Assembly (NCBI GenBank): GCA_902801765.1 | Contig: CADCJO010000001.1 | Location: 37,935-101,934 of the forward strand | Length of the DNA: 64,000 nt | Direction: 5' to 3' | Source: an uncultured Eubacteriales bacterium | GTDB taxonomy: Bacteria; Bacillota; Clostridia; Christensenellales; Aristaeellaceae | In this document: one piece after another, positions 45,231 to 52,697 of the stretch | Layout of the letters: each line of letters opens with the position of its first letter | How positions within the stretch are numbered: position 1 is the first letter of the stretch | Notes under the pieces: model-generated | Seen by the model: only the letters and a program-made list of their open reading frames with translations | Told to the model about the DNA's origin: nothing | Databases searched by the model: none | Program-made: the position numbers and the translations under genes

Positions 45231-45260
45231 TTTACAAACAACTACCACATGTGGTATACT
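45231..45260 (+). promoter_or_regulatory. Promoter of the MIF-like tautomerase / SDR genes
   Basis: TTTACA - 18 nt - (TGg)TATACT. Confidence 0.4.
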
Positions 45261-45330
45261 ATCTTTGTTTCATCCACCGGATGGGCTGTGCCGCGCAAAA
45301 CGCGCGGTGATCATCAAAGGAGGAAAAACC

Positions 45331-45672
45331 GTGCCGTTCATTCATACCCGGGTCAACCGTCCCATCTCCCAGGAAGCGGAAAAAGCCATGGCCAAGCAGC
45401 TGGGCGACGCTGTTGCTCTGCTGGGGAAAAGCGAAAACTGGCTGATGCTGCAATTTGAGGACAATTGCCGTATGTATTTTAAGGGAGATTGTTCCAAAGC
45501 GCTGGCCTTCGTCGGCGTCAAGCTGTACGGCAAAGCGGACAATGCCGCTTATCAGCGCTTTACCGCCGAAGCAACCCGCATTCTGGGCGACGTGCTGTCC
45601 GTTCCTGCCGACGGCGTATATGTGGAATACGAGGAAACGGAACACTGGGGCTGGCAGGGAGAAAACTTTTAG
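45331..45672 (+). CDS. MIF/phenylpyruvate-tautomerase-like protein (Pro-1 tautomerase superfamily)
   Basis: GTG start behind AAAGGAGG gives M-PFIHTRVN..., so Pro follows the initiator Met. 113 aa. Confidence 0.65.
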   Translation: MPFIHTRVNRPISQEAEKAMAKQLGDAVALLGKSENWLMLQFEDNCRMYFKGDCSKALAFVGVKLYGKADNAAYQRFTAEATRILGDVLSVPADGVYVEYEETEHWGWQGENF

Positions 45673-45725
45673 TATGGAAAGAGCTGCTTTTCAGGCAGCT
45701 TTTTCTATTGGAGGGACAATCTGGA

Positions 45726-46442
45726 ATGAATACGGTTTTGATCACCGGCGGTTCCCGGGGCATCGGCGAAGCGATGGTTCGCCTGTATGCCGATCAGGGC
45801 TGGCGGGTGGCGTTCACGTATTTGAACAGCGATGAAAAGGCACAGTCGCTCAGCCGGGAAAGCGGCGCGCTGGCCTTGCGCTGCGACGCGAAAAGCGAAG
45901 CGGAAACGTCGGTGATGGCAGAACAGGTGCTTCGCCAGTTTGGCCATTTGGACGCGCTGATCTGCAACGCCGGGATTTCATACACCGGTTTATTGCAGGA
46001 CATGACCGTTTCCCAATGGGACGAACTGTTCGCTGTGCATGTGCGTGGTGCGTTCCTGGCGACGCGGGCCTTCCTGCCGGGGATGATCTCCCGGCAAAAC
46101 GGCAGCATTCTCTATGTATCCTCCATGTGGGGCCAGGTGGGCGCCTCCTGTGAAGCGGCTTACTCCGCCTGCAAGGCGGCGCTGATCGGGCTTGGCAAAG
46201 CGCTGGCCAAGGAAGCCGGACCCTCGGGTGTGCGCGTCAACTGCCTCTGCCCTGGCGTGATTCAAACGGATATGCTGCGGGCATTCTCTCAGGAGGAGCT
46301 GCAAATTCTCGCGGACGATACGCCCCTGTGCCGCCTCGGCACGCCGCTGGACGTGGCCCGCGCCGCTTTTTTCCTCTCGTCTCAGAGCGCTTCCTTCATC
46401 ACCGGCCAGGTTTTGGGCGTCAACGGCGGATTCGTGATTTGA
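45726..46442 (+). CDS. SDR family oxidoreductase (3-oxoacyl-ACP reductase-like)
   Basis: VLITGGSRGIG, NAG, YSACKAA catalytic Tyr-x3-Lys. Confidence 0.85.
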   Translation: MNTVLITGGSRGIGEAMVRLYADQGWRVAFTYLNSDEKAQSLSRESGALALRCDAKSEAETSVMAEQVLRQFGHLDALICNAGISYTGLLQDMTVSQWDELFAVHVRGAFLATRAFLPGMISRQNGSILYVSSMWGQVGASCEAAYSACKAALIGLGKALAKEAGPSGVRVNCLCPGVIQTDMLRAFSQEELQILADDTPLCRLGTPLDVARAAFFLSSQSASFITGQVLGVNGGFVI

Positions 46443-46619
46443 TCTTTTCGCTTGTTTTTGACCACATTTTGCAGGATGCCTTGATTCATTCGGCAAATTT
46501 GTGCTGTTTACGACAAAAAACACCAAATTACGGCTTTCCTCTTTCCAGAATTCCAAAAATCATGTATAATATATTTGTTCTCTTTACCAGCGCATATTTT
46601 GATAAAGGGGTGCTGCGGT

Positions 46620-47825
46620 ATGAACAGTTTTCTGACAGAGTGGGATTTGAAGAGCATTCCCGTGGGGCCTCTTGGCTTGATCGCCATGTCGGGCTGCGAG
46701 GAAATGGGCAACAAGGTCAACGCTTGGCTGAAAAAATGGAACTCCCTCCAGGAAACCCAGGACGAAGAATTCTACACGATGCCGGGGCTCAACCGTGACT
46801 CCTTCCTGATCAAGACGTACTGCCCCCGCTTCGGCACCGGCGAAAGCAAGGGCGTCATCAAAGAAAGCGTGCGCGGGTACGACATCTACATCATCATCGA
46901 CGTATGCGCCTACAACAAAACCTTTAACATGTACGGCATGGAAGTGCCCATGTCCCCAGACGACCACTTCCAGGATCTGAAGCGCGTCATCGCCGCTATC
47001 GGCGGCAAAGCCAAGCGCATCAACGTTATCATGCCGATGCTGTACGAGAGCAGGCAGCACAAGCGTTCCTCCCGCGAAAGCCTGGACTGCGCCCTCGCTT
47101 TGCAGGAGCTGGAGCAGTACGGCGTGACCAACATCGTCACCTTCGACGCCCACGATCCGCGCGTGGCCAACTCCATTCCGCTGATCGGGTTTGAAAATGT
47201 GATGCCCACCTATCAGATGATCAAGGCCCTCACCCGCACGGAAAAAGGCCTGCGCATCGACAAGGACAACATGATGGTCGTCTCCCCCGACGAAGGCGCC
47301 ATGCAGCGCAACATTTTCTATTCCTCCGTGCTGGGTTTGGACCTGGGCATGTTCTACAAGCGCCGGGATTATACCACCGTTGTCAACGGCCGCAACCCCA
47401 TCGTGGCGCATGAATACCTGGGTGCGTCCGTGGAAGGCAAGGACGTGATCGTGGTAGATGATATGATCGCTTCCGGCGAATCCATCCTTGACCTGTGTAA
47501 GGAGCTCAAGGCCCGCAAGGCCAACCGCATCTTTGCCGTCGCCACCTTCGCGTTCTTTACCAACGGCATTGAGGATTTCAACAAGGCATACAATGAAGGG
47601 CTGCTGACCAAGGTCGTGGCCTCCAACCTGACCTACCGCCGCCCTGAGGTGATCGCCGCGCCCTGGTTCGTGGAAGCTGATCTGAGCAAGTATATCGCCT
47701 ACATCATCGCCACCCTGAATCATGACCGCACGCTGTCCAAGCTGCTCAATCCCTACAACCGCATCAAAAATCTGCTGGAACGCTATAAGAACGATCAAAC
47801 CGCGGAAGGTCTCCGCATGGCATAA
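46620..47825 (+). CDS. prs: Ribose-phosphate diphosphokinase (long ~400-aa form)
   Basis: ...FGTGESKGVIKESVRGYDIYII.DV..., DAHD and VVDDMIASGESI PRPP-binding loop. Confidence 0.8.
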   Translation: MNSFLTEWDLKSIPVGPLGLIAMSGCEEMGNKVNAWLKKWNSLQETQDEEFYTMPGLNRDSFLIKTYCPRFGTGESKGVIKESVRGYDIYIIIDVCAYNKTFNMYGMEVPMSPDDHFQDLKRVIAAIGGKAKRINVIMPMLYESRQHKRSSRESLDCALALQELEQYGVTNIVTFDAHDPRVANSIPLIGFENVMPTYQMIKALTRTEKGLRIDKDNMMVVSPDEGAMQRNIFYSSVLGLDLGMFYKRRDYTTVVNGRNPIVAHEYLGASVEGKDVIVVDDMIASGESILDLCKELKARKANRIFAVATFAFFTNGIEDFNKAYNEGLLTKVVASNLTYRRPEVIAAPWFVEADLSKYIAYIIATLNHDRTLSKLLNPYNRIKNLLERYKNDQTAEGLRMA

Positions 47826-47830
47826 AAACT

Positions 47831-48295
47831 ATGAGCAAAGACGAAGAACTTGAACTGGTTCCCGAAACCGAAGACGCGAAAAAGAACGTGATGCAGTCCG
47901 CGAAGGACTTTATGAACGGTGTGCTGCATCCTCTGAAGGGCAAGGATTTGGGCCAGCTGGTGGAGGATTTTACCTCCGAAATGACTCTGGTCGCCGAAGG
48001 GCTGAGCGAGGATCAGCAAAAGCTGTTCCGCGAGACCGACAAGCTCAGCGCTCAGCAGACCGAGCTGGAGCAGCGCCTGTTGGACGGATTGCACGACGCC
48101 GACGTGGAAAACAAGGAACTGCGCAAGGAAGTGCAATCGCTGACCGCGCGGCTGGACAAGGCCGAAAAGCTCCTTTCAGAAAAGAAGCTGAAAAAGTCCG
48201 ACGGGCTTTTGTCCATCATCCGACAAGCTACCTGGCTGGTCGCCATTTTCAGTGCCGCCTGGGTGATCGTGACGATCATCAGAGCATTTACGTAA
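47831..48295 (+). CDS. Hypothetical coiled-coil, C-terminally anchored membrane protein
   Basis: Charged helical region (QQTELEQRLL...KELRKEVQSLTARLDKAEKLL) and one C-terminal TM (ATWLVAIFSAAWVIVTII). It starts 6 nt after the prs stop. Confidence 0.55.
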   Translation: MSKDEELELVPETEDAKKNVMQSAKDFMNGVLHPLKGKDLGQLVEDFTSEMTLVAEGLSEDQQKLFRETDKLSAQQTELEQRLLDGLHDADVENKELRKEVQSLTARLDKAEKLLSEKKLKKSDGLLSIIRQATWLVAIFSAAWVIVTIIRAFT

Positions 48296-48296
48296 A

Positions 48297-48332
48297 AGCA
48301 AGCCCCGGCAGAATCCTCTGCCGGGGCTTGCT
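48297..48332. terminator. Bidirectional terminator
   Basis: AGCAAGCCCCGGCAGA-atcc-TCTGCCGGGGCTTGCT. Confidence 0.7.
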
Positions 48333-48343
48333 CATTTATCATT

Positions 48344-49942
48344 TCACCGAAAAATCTTGGGGGCGGGGATTTCGCCTTTCCCCCATTGTTCCGCTTCGTG
48401 CAGACAGGAAATCAATTGATCGGTGGTCAGCTCCCGCTGGCCGAACTTTTCTTCTCCGATCATTCCTGCCATGCCGTGCCAGAGGCAGGCCAGGGCGGCG
48501 TCATCCAGGAAAGAGCCATCACATAAGATTGCGGCCAGGATGCCCGTCAGCGCGTCGCCGCTGCCGCCCTTGGCTAAAGCGGAAGAACCCACAGTGTTCA
48601 AGAAATACTTCGGTTTTCCATCGTCATCCATTCTGCAGATCACTGAAACATCGCTTTTGAGCACGGCCTCGCAGTCATATTTTTCCACCAGCGCCCAGGC
48701 CGCTGCCAGGCGGTCCTCCATGATTTTTTCCAAAGGCCAGCTCAAAAGCCTTGCGGCTTCGCCGGGATGCGGCGTGATGACGGCTTTTTCTCCCAGCTTC
48801 ATTTCGTGCTTTGCCAGCAGGTTCAGCGCATCCGCGTCCCAGACGGAGGGCTTGCCCGGATTCCACAGCTTCAGAATGTTTCCCCAGGTTTCTTCCTCTT
48901 GCCCCAACCCGCAGCCCACGGCGAACACGTCGTAAGCAGGCGGATGCTTGATTGCATCCCGGATGTCCACGCACATGGCGTTGGGCGCCAGGGTTTGCAG
49001 GATGGGAATGATTTCTTTCTCGCAGGCGATCGTCGTCAACCCCGCCCCGGCAGTGATGGAAGCCTTGGCGCACATGGCGGCGGCCCCGGCCATGCCCATT
49101 TTCCCAGCGTAGATCAGCACGCGGCCATTGTCTCCCTTGTGCGCACAGACAGAGCGCATTTTCAACCGGTTCAGCGCTGAGGGCAGCAGCGTTTCACAGT
49201 TCAGCTCGGGTTCCTCCAGCAGCAGCGCGTCGCTGTTCCAGGGCATCATGGGCCACAAGCCAATATCCGCTACCACGATTTTTCCCACAGCTTCCCGATT
49301 CTGCGTCAGATATAAGCCGGGCTTGGGGGTATTGAAGGTGACGGTCACGTCAGCGGATACGAACGATCCGGGAGTTTCCCCGGTCGCTCCATCAATGCCG
49401 CTGGGTATATCTACCGCGATAACAGGGGCAGGCTGATCAATCGTGAAATGCCGGGGAACGGCCATCATGGCCGCAAGCAGCCCCTCCGGTTTGCCCCGGA
49501 AGCCGGTGCCCACCAGCGCGTCCACATAGGCGTCGAAGGGACGGCGAAGCTCGTCCAGAGATCTTCCGGCTTCGAGCATGGAGGCGACATTCACGATTTC
49601 CACCTCCGGCAGCTGCCGCAGCCATTGCAGATTGGTTTTCGCGTCGGGAGTTTTCGGCTCATTCAGAATCCAAACCGCAGCCCTGCCGCCGCGCCCGGCA
49701 AACAACCGCGCAGCGGCGAAACCGTCCCCGCCGTTGTTGCCCGTGCCACAGAGGAACAGTACCCGCTTGCCCTTGCAGTTGCCGCCCAGGGCTTTTTCCA
49801 GTTCATCTACCACGGCCATGGCCGCGTGTTCCATCAGCAGGAGGCTGGGAACGCCCAGGTCAAAGGCTTTCTGTTCTCTACGGCGGGTGTCGTTGGGCGT
49901 GAGGATTGGATAGTAAATCATGTGTGAATCGTTTTTGATCAT
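48344..49942 (-). CDS. nnr: Bifunctional NAD(P)H-hydrate repair enzyme (epimerase/dehydratase)
   Basis: YjeF_N (GTGNNGGDG) plus carbohydrate-kinase domain (GGSGD). Start ATG 49942 (RBS AAAGGGA) or ATG 49921. Confidence 0.9.
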   Translation of the reverse strand: MIKNDSHMIYYPILTPNDTRRREQKAFDLGVPSLLLMEHAAMAVVDELEKALGGNCKGKRVLFLCGTGNNGGDGFAAARLFAGRGGRAAVWILNEPKTPDAKTNLQWLRQLPEVEIVNVASMLEAGRSLDELRRPFDAYVDALVGTGFRGKPEGLLAAMMAVPRHFTIDQPAPVIAVDIPSGIDGATGETPGSFVSADVTVTFNTPKPGLYLTQNREAVGKIVVADIGLWPMMPWNSDALLLEEPELNCETLLPSALNRLKMRSVCAHKGDNGRVLIYAGKMGMAGAAAMCAKASITAGAGLTTIACEKEIIPILQTLAPNAMCVDIRDAIKHPPAYDVFAVGCGLGQEEETWGNILKLWNPGKPSVWDADALNLLAKHEMKLGEKAVITPHPGEAARLLSWPLEKIMEDRLAAAWALVEKYDCEAVLKSDVSVICRMDDDGKPKYFLNTVGSSALAKGGSGDALTGILAAILCDGSFLDDAALACLWHGMAGMIGEEKFGQRELTTDQLISCLHEAEQWGKGEIPAPKIFR

Positions 49943-49944
49943 AC

Positions 49945-50025
49945 AATTATCCCTTTACAGCTTTCTCGGAGGGGGACTGGGGGAACCGCTCTTTGGCTCC
50001 AAAGAGCGGTTCCCCCAGAAAAAAA
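49945..50025 (+). repeat. REP-like ~85-bp palindromic element, copy 3 (acpS-nnr spacer)
   Basis: TTATCCCTTTACAGCTTTCTCGGAGGGGGA-CTGGGGGAACCGCTCTTTGG-ct-CCAAAGAGCGGTTCCCCCAG-AAAAAAA. Confidence 0.8.
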
Positions 50026-50029
50026 CGTC

Positions 50030-50404
50030 CTATCCGTTCCTTTCCGCGACGCATACCGCTGCCGCCATGCCCGCTTCATGGGTGATGGAAAGAAAAAAGC
50101 CGGAGATGCGCCGTACTTCGGCGAAGCGGGCGTACTCCCCGGAGAGGGAATAATACGGAGCGCCATTCGCGTCGTGCTTCACACAGATTTCCCGAATATC
50201 CGCCGCAATCCCAACCCCAAGGGCTTTTGCCAGCGCTTCCTTGGCAGCGAAAATCCCTGCCATGGACTGCGCTCCGCTCTTCCCTTTTTCCCGGATATAC
50301 GCCTGCTCCTCCGTATTGAAAAAACGAACAAGAAAGCGCTCATCCTGAATCAGCTTTTCCATGCGCGATATTTCGCACAGGTCGATGCCCACGCCCGCGA
50401 TCAT
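50030..50404 (-). CDS. acpS: Holo-[acyl-carrier-protein] synthase
   Basis: MIAGVGIDLCEISR... Start ATG 50404 overlaps the upstream stop (ATGA). Confidence 0.9.
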   Translation of the reverse strand: MIAGVGIDLCEISRMEKLIQDERFLVRFFNTEEQAYIREKGKSGAQSMAGIFAAKEALAKALGVGIAADIREICVKHDANGAPYYSLSGEYARFAEVRRISGFFLSITHEAGMAAAVCVAERNG

Positions 50405-51351
50405 CTTGTATACAGCAAGGCGTTGGCAATCGCCCTGGCGGTCACTTCGGCGGCGGCGGCGCACAGCTTCACGAAATTCACTTCCGCGTCCGTGCGGCCC
50501 GTAGCAAGTGCAAAGAGCGTGTCGCCGTCCATCTGGGTGTGCACCGGGCGAATCGTCCGGGCCAGACCATCGTGGGAAACGTCGGCCAGGCGGTTCGCCT
50601 GTTCTTTGGTGAGCTTGCAGTCCACGGCCACCACGCCGATGGTGGTGTTGCTGCCGGGGGCGGGAATGCGGATCTGCTGGGGCACCGGGGCGTGACCATA
50701 GAGCAGCCCTTCCGCCAGGACCGGCGTGCCGTCCGGCATGTGGGCGCAGCCCAGCACCTCCCGGGTTTCAGGGTGGTACACGTCGCCCACGGCGTTCACC
50801 GCCACCACCGCGCCGACCGTCACGCCTTCTGGCAGCGTAATGGACGCGGAACCAATGCCGCTGTCCTGGGGTACCCCGCCGGGCACCAGCTTGCCCACCG
50901 TAGCCCCCGTGCCTGCACCGACCTTGCCCTGGCTCATGCCCTTGGCGGCGTTCATGCAGGCGGAACGCCCCATGGCCGCGTCGGGACGGATGGACGGGTC
51001 GCCCACGTTCAGATCAAACAGCACGGCGGCGGGCACGATGGGCACATGCACATTGCCCATGTCCATGCCGCAGCCCATCTGCTCCAAGTAGCGCATCACG
51101 CCGCCCGCCGCGTCCAGGCCGAAAGCGCTGCCGCCGGATAAGACGACGGCGTTCACCCGTTCCACCAAATTGCCGGGACGCAGCAAATCCGTTTCCCTTG
51201 TGCCGGGAGCCGCGCCGCGGACGCTCACGCCGCCGATGGCCCCTTCCTTCCGGCACAGCACCACCGTCACGCCCGTCTTGCCCCGCGCGCTCTGGGCGTG
51301 GCCCACGCGGATGCCATGCACGTCGGTAATATCGCCTGGATAATAATTCAT
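50401..51351 (-). CDS. P1/S58 (DmpA-type) family peptidase
   Basis: ITDV.GIRVGH...TG.TVVL......GGV.VRGAAPGTRETDLL...VNAVVLSGGSAFGL. Confidence 0.8.
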   Translation of the reverse strand: MNYYPGDITDVHGIRVGHAQSARGKTGVTVVLCRKEGAIGGVSVRGAAPGTRETDLLRPGNLVERVNAVVLSGGSAFGLDAAGGVMRYLEQMGCGMDMGNVHVPIVPAAVLFDLNVGDPSIRPDAAMGRSACMNAAKGMSQGKVGAGTGATVGKLVPGGVPQDSGIGSASITLPEGVTVGAVVAVNAVGDVYHPETREVLGCAHMPDGTPVLAEGLLYGHAPVPQQIRIPAPGSNTTIGVVAVDCKLTKEQANRLADVSHDGLARTIRPVHTQMDGDTLFALATGRTDAEVNFVKLCAAAAEVTARAIANALLYTR

Positions 51352-51360
51352 CGAATCACC

Positions 51361-51972
51361 TCATTTTTCTGTGGCTTTTTCAGGATGGGTTTTCACGGCT
51401 TCCACACCCTCAAAATGCTTTTTCCATTCGCCCATTTCCCCTATTTTTTCTTTCACGATATAATACTGGTATGGGCTGTATACGACGGGATGGATGCGTT
51501 CCAGTTCGATGTGTTCCATATCCATGTCCTGATACGCTTCGTCAATCTGAATATTGACCACTTCCGCCAGGAAGAAATCAGCGCCGTCCAGGGGAAAGTG
51601 TTTCTTCACCCGGCATTCATAAACCCAGTGGCTTTCCCCAACGACAGGCACATCCACCTTGCGTCCCCGCTCCACGGTATAAGCCACATCCCGCTTCGGG
51701 CCGTTCTCGCCCCTGGTGGTGCCGAAGTAATCCGCCAGCCAAAGGTTATCTTCGGTGATCATGCTGGCGGAGAAGCAGCCCTCCCGCAGGATGTTGGTTT
51801 TCGTCAGCTTGCTTCCTCCGATGGTCATCATCAGGCAGGGGCCGCTGTCCGCGGAAAAGCCCAGCCAGGTGATGATGCAGAAGTTGGGTGTGCCGTCTGC
51901 ATTGTTGGTGCCGATCATATACATCGGCTGCGGACTGAACACAAAGCCGGGCTTCAAATCGAAGCGCTTCAT
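51361..51972 (-). CDS. Flavin reductase family protein
   Basis: PMYMIGT.N.DG.PNF..ITW pattern. Start ATG 51972 behind AAGGAGA. Confidence 0.75.
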   Translation of the reverse strand: MKRFDLKPGFVFSPQPMYMIGTNNADGTPNFCIITWLGFSADSGPCLMMTIGGSKLTKTNILREGCFSASMITEDNLWLADYFGTTRGENGPKRDVAYTVERGRKVDVPVVGESHWVYECRVKKHFPLDGADFFLAEVVNIQIDEAYQDMDMEHIELERIHPVVYSPYQYYIVKEKIGEMGEWKKHFEGVEAVKTHPEKATEK

Positions 51973-51973
51973 C

Positions 51974-52507
51974 TCATTCTCCTTTTGGAAACCCGTTGAA
52001 CCACGCGCGTTCCTCAAACGGCTTTTTCCTGGGAAGCTTCGGTTCATCCTCCGCCACGCCCACGGGCAGGAAACACACCAACTCGTACTCCTCCGGAACA
52101 TTCAGAATCCGCGCCATCTTGTCCCCGATCCTGTCAATGTCGGTGATATGGCCCTCGAACCAGCAGCTTTGATACCCCAGGGCGGTGATGGCCAGCAGCA
52201 TGTTTTCAATGGCGGCGGCGTAATCCTGAACGGCGAAGCAGCGGTCACGGTAAGCGATAATCTTCTGGCTCAGCACGCAAATCATAGCCGGAGCAGTTTC
52301 CCCCACCGGCGGGTCGATTACCGCGTGAAGCCGCTGTAAGACAGCGGGATCGTCCACCGCAATCAAACTAACGGTCTGTTTGTTGCAGCCGGATGGCGCG
52401 GCCAGACCTGCTTCCATGATAATCTGCAAGTCTCTTCTGGGAACCGGAACAGCTTGATACTTTCCCCGGTAGCTATGCCGTGATTGAATTGTTTCGATGG
52501 CGTCCAT
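51974..52507 (-). CDS. Nitroreductase family protein
   Basis: IQSRHSYRG ... APSGCNKQ motifs. Confidence 0.8.
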   Translation of the reverse strand: MDAIETIQSRHSYRGKYQAVPVPRRDLQIIMEAGLAAPSGCNKQTVSLIAVDDPAVLQRLHAVIDPPVGETAPAMICVLSQKIIAYRDRCFAVQDYAAAIENMLLAITALGYQSCWFEGHITDIDRIGDKMARILNVPEEYELVCFLPVGVAEDEPKLPRKKPFEERAWFNGFPKGE

Positions 52508-52697
52508 TCGGCGCTCCTTTTCAGTCCGTGGCGGTTGTGGATTGTGTCATCCTGTTTCTTGATTCCTGTTCTTTCATACATCATTCAGCTTTGTATCCTG
52601 ATCATCATTTGGGCGAAAAACATCATGCAGCTCAGCATCTTTTCGTTTTAACAATCAAAACGACCACATATTCCTTGCGGCCGCTTTGATGCAAAAA

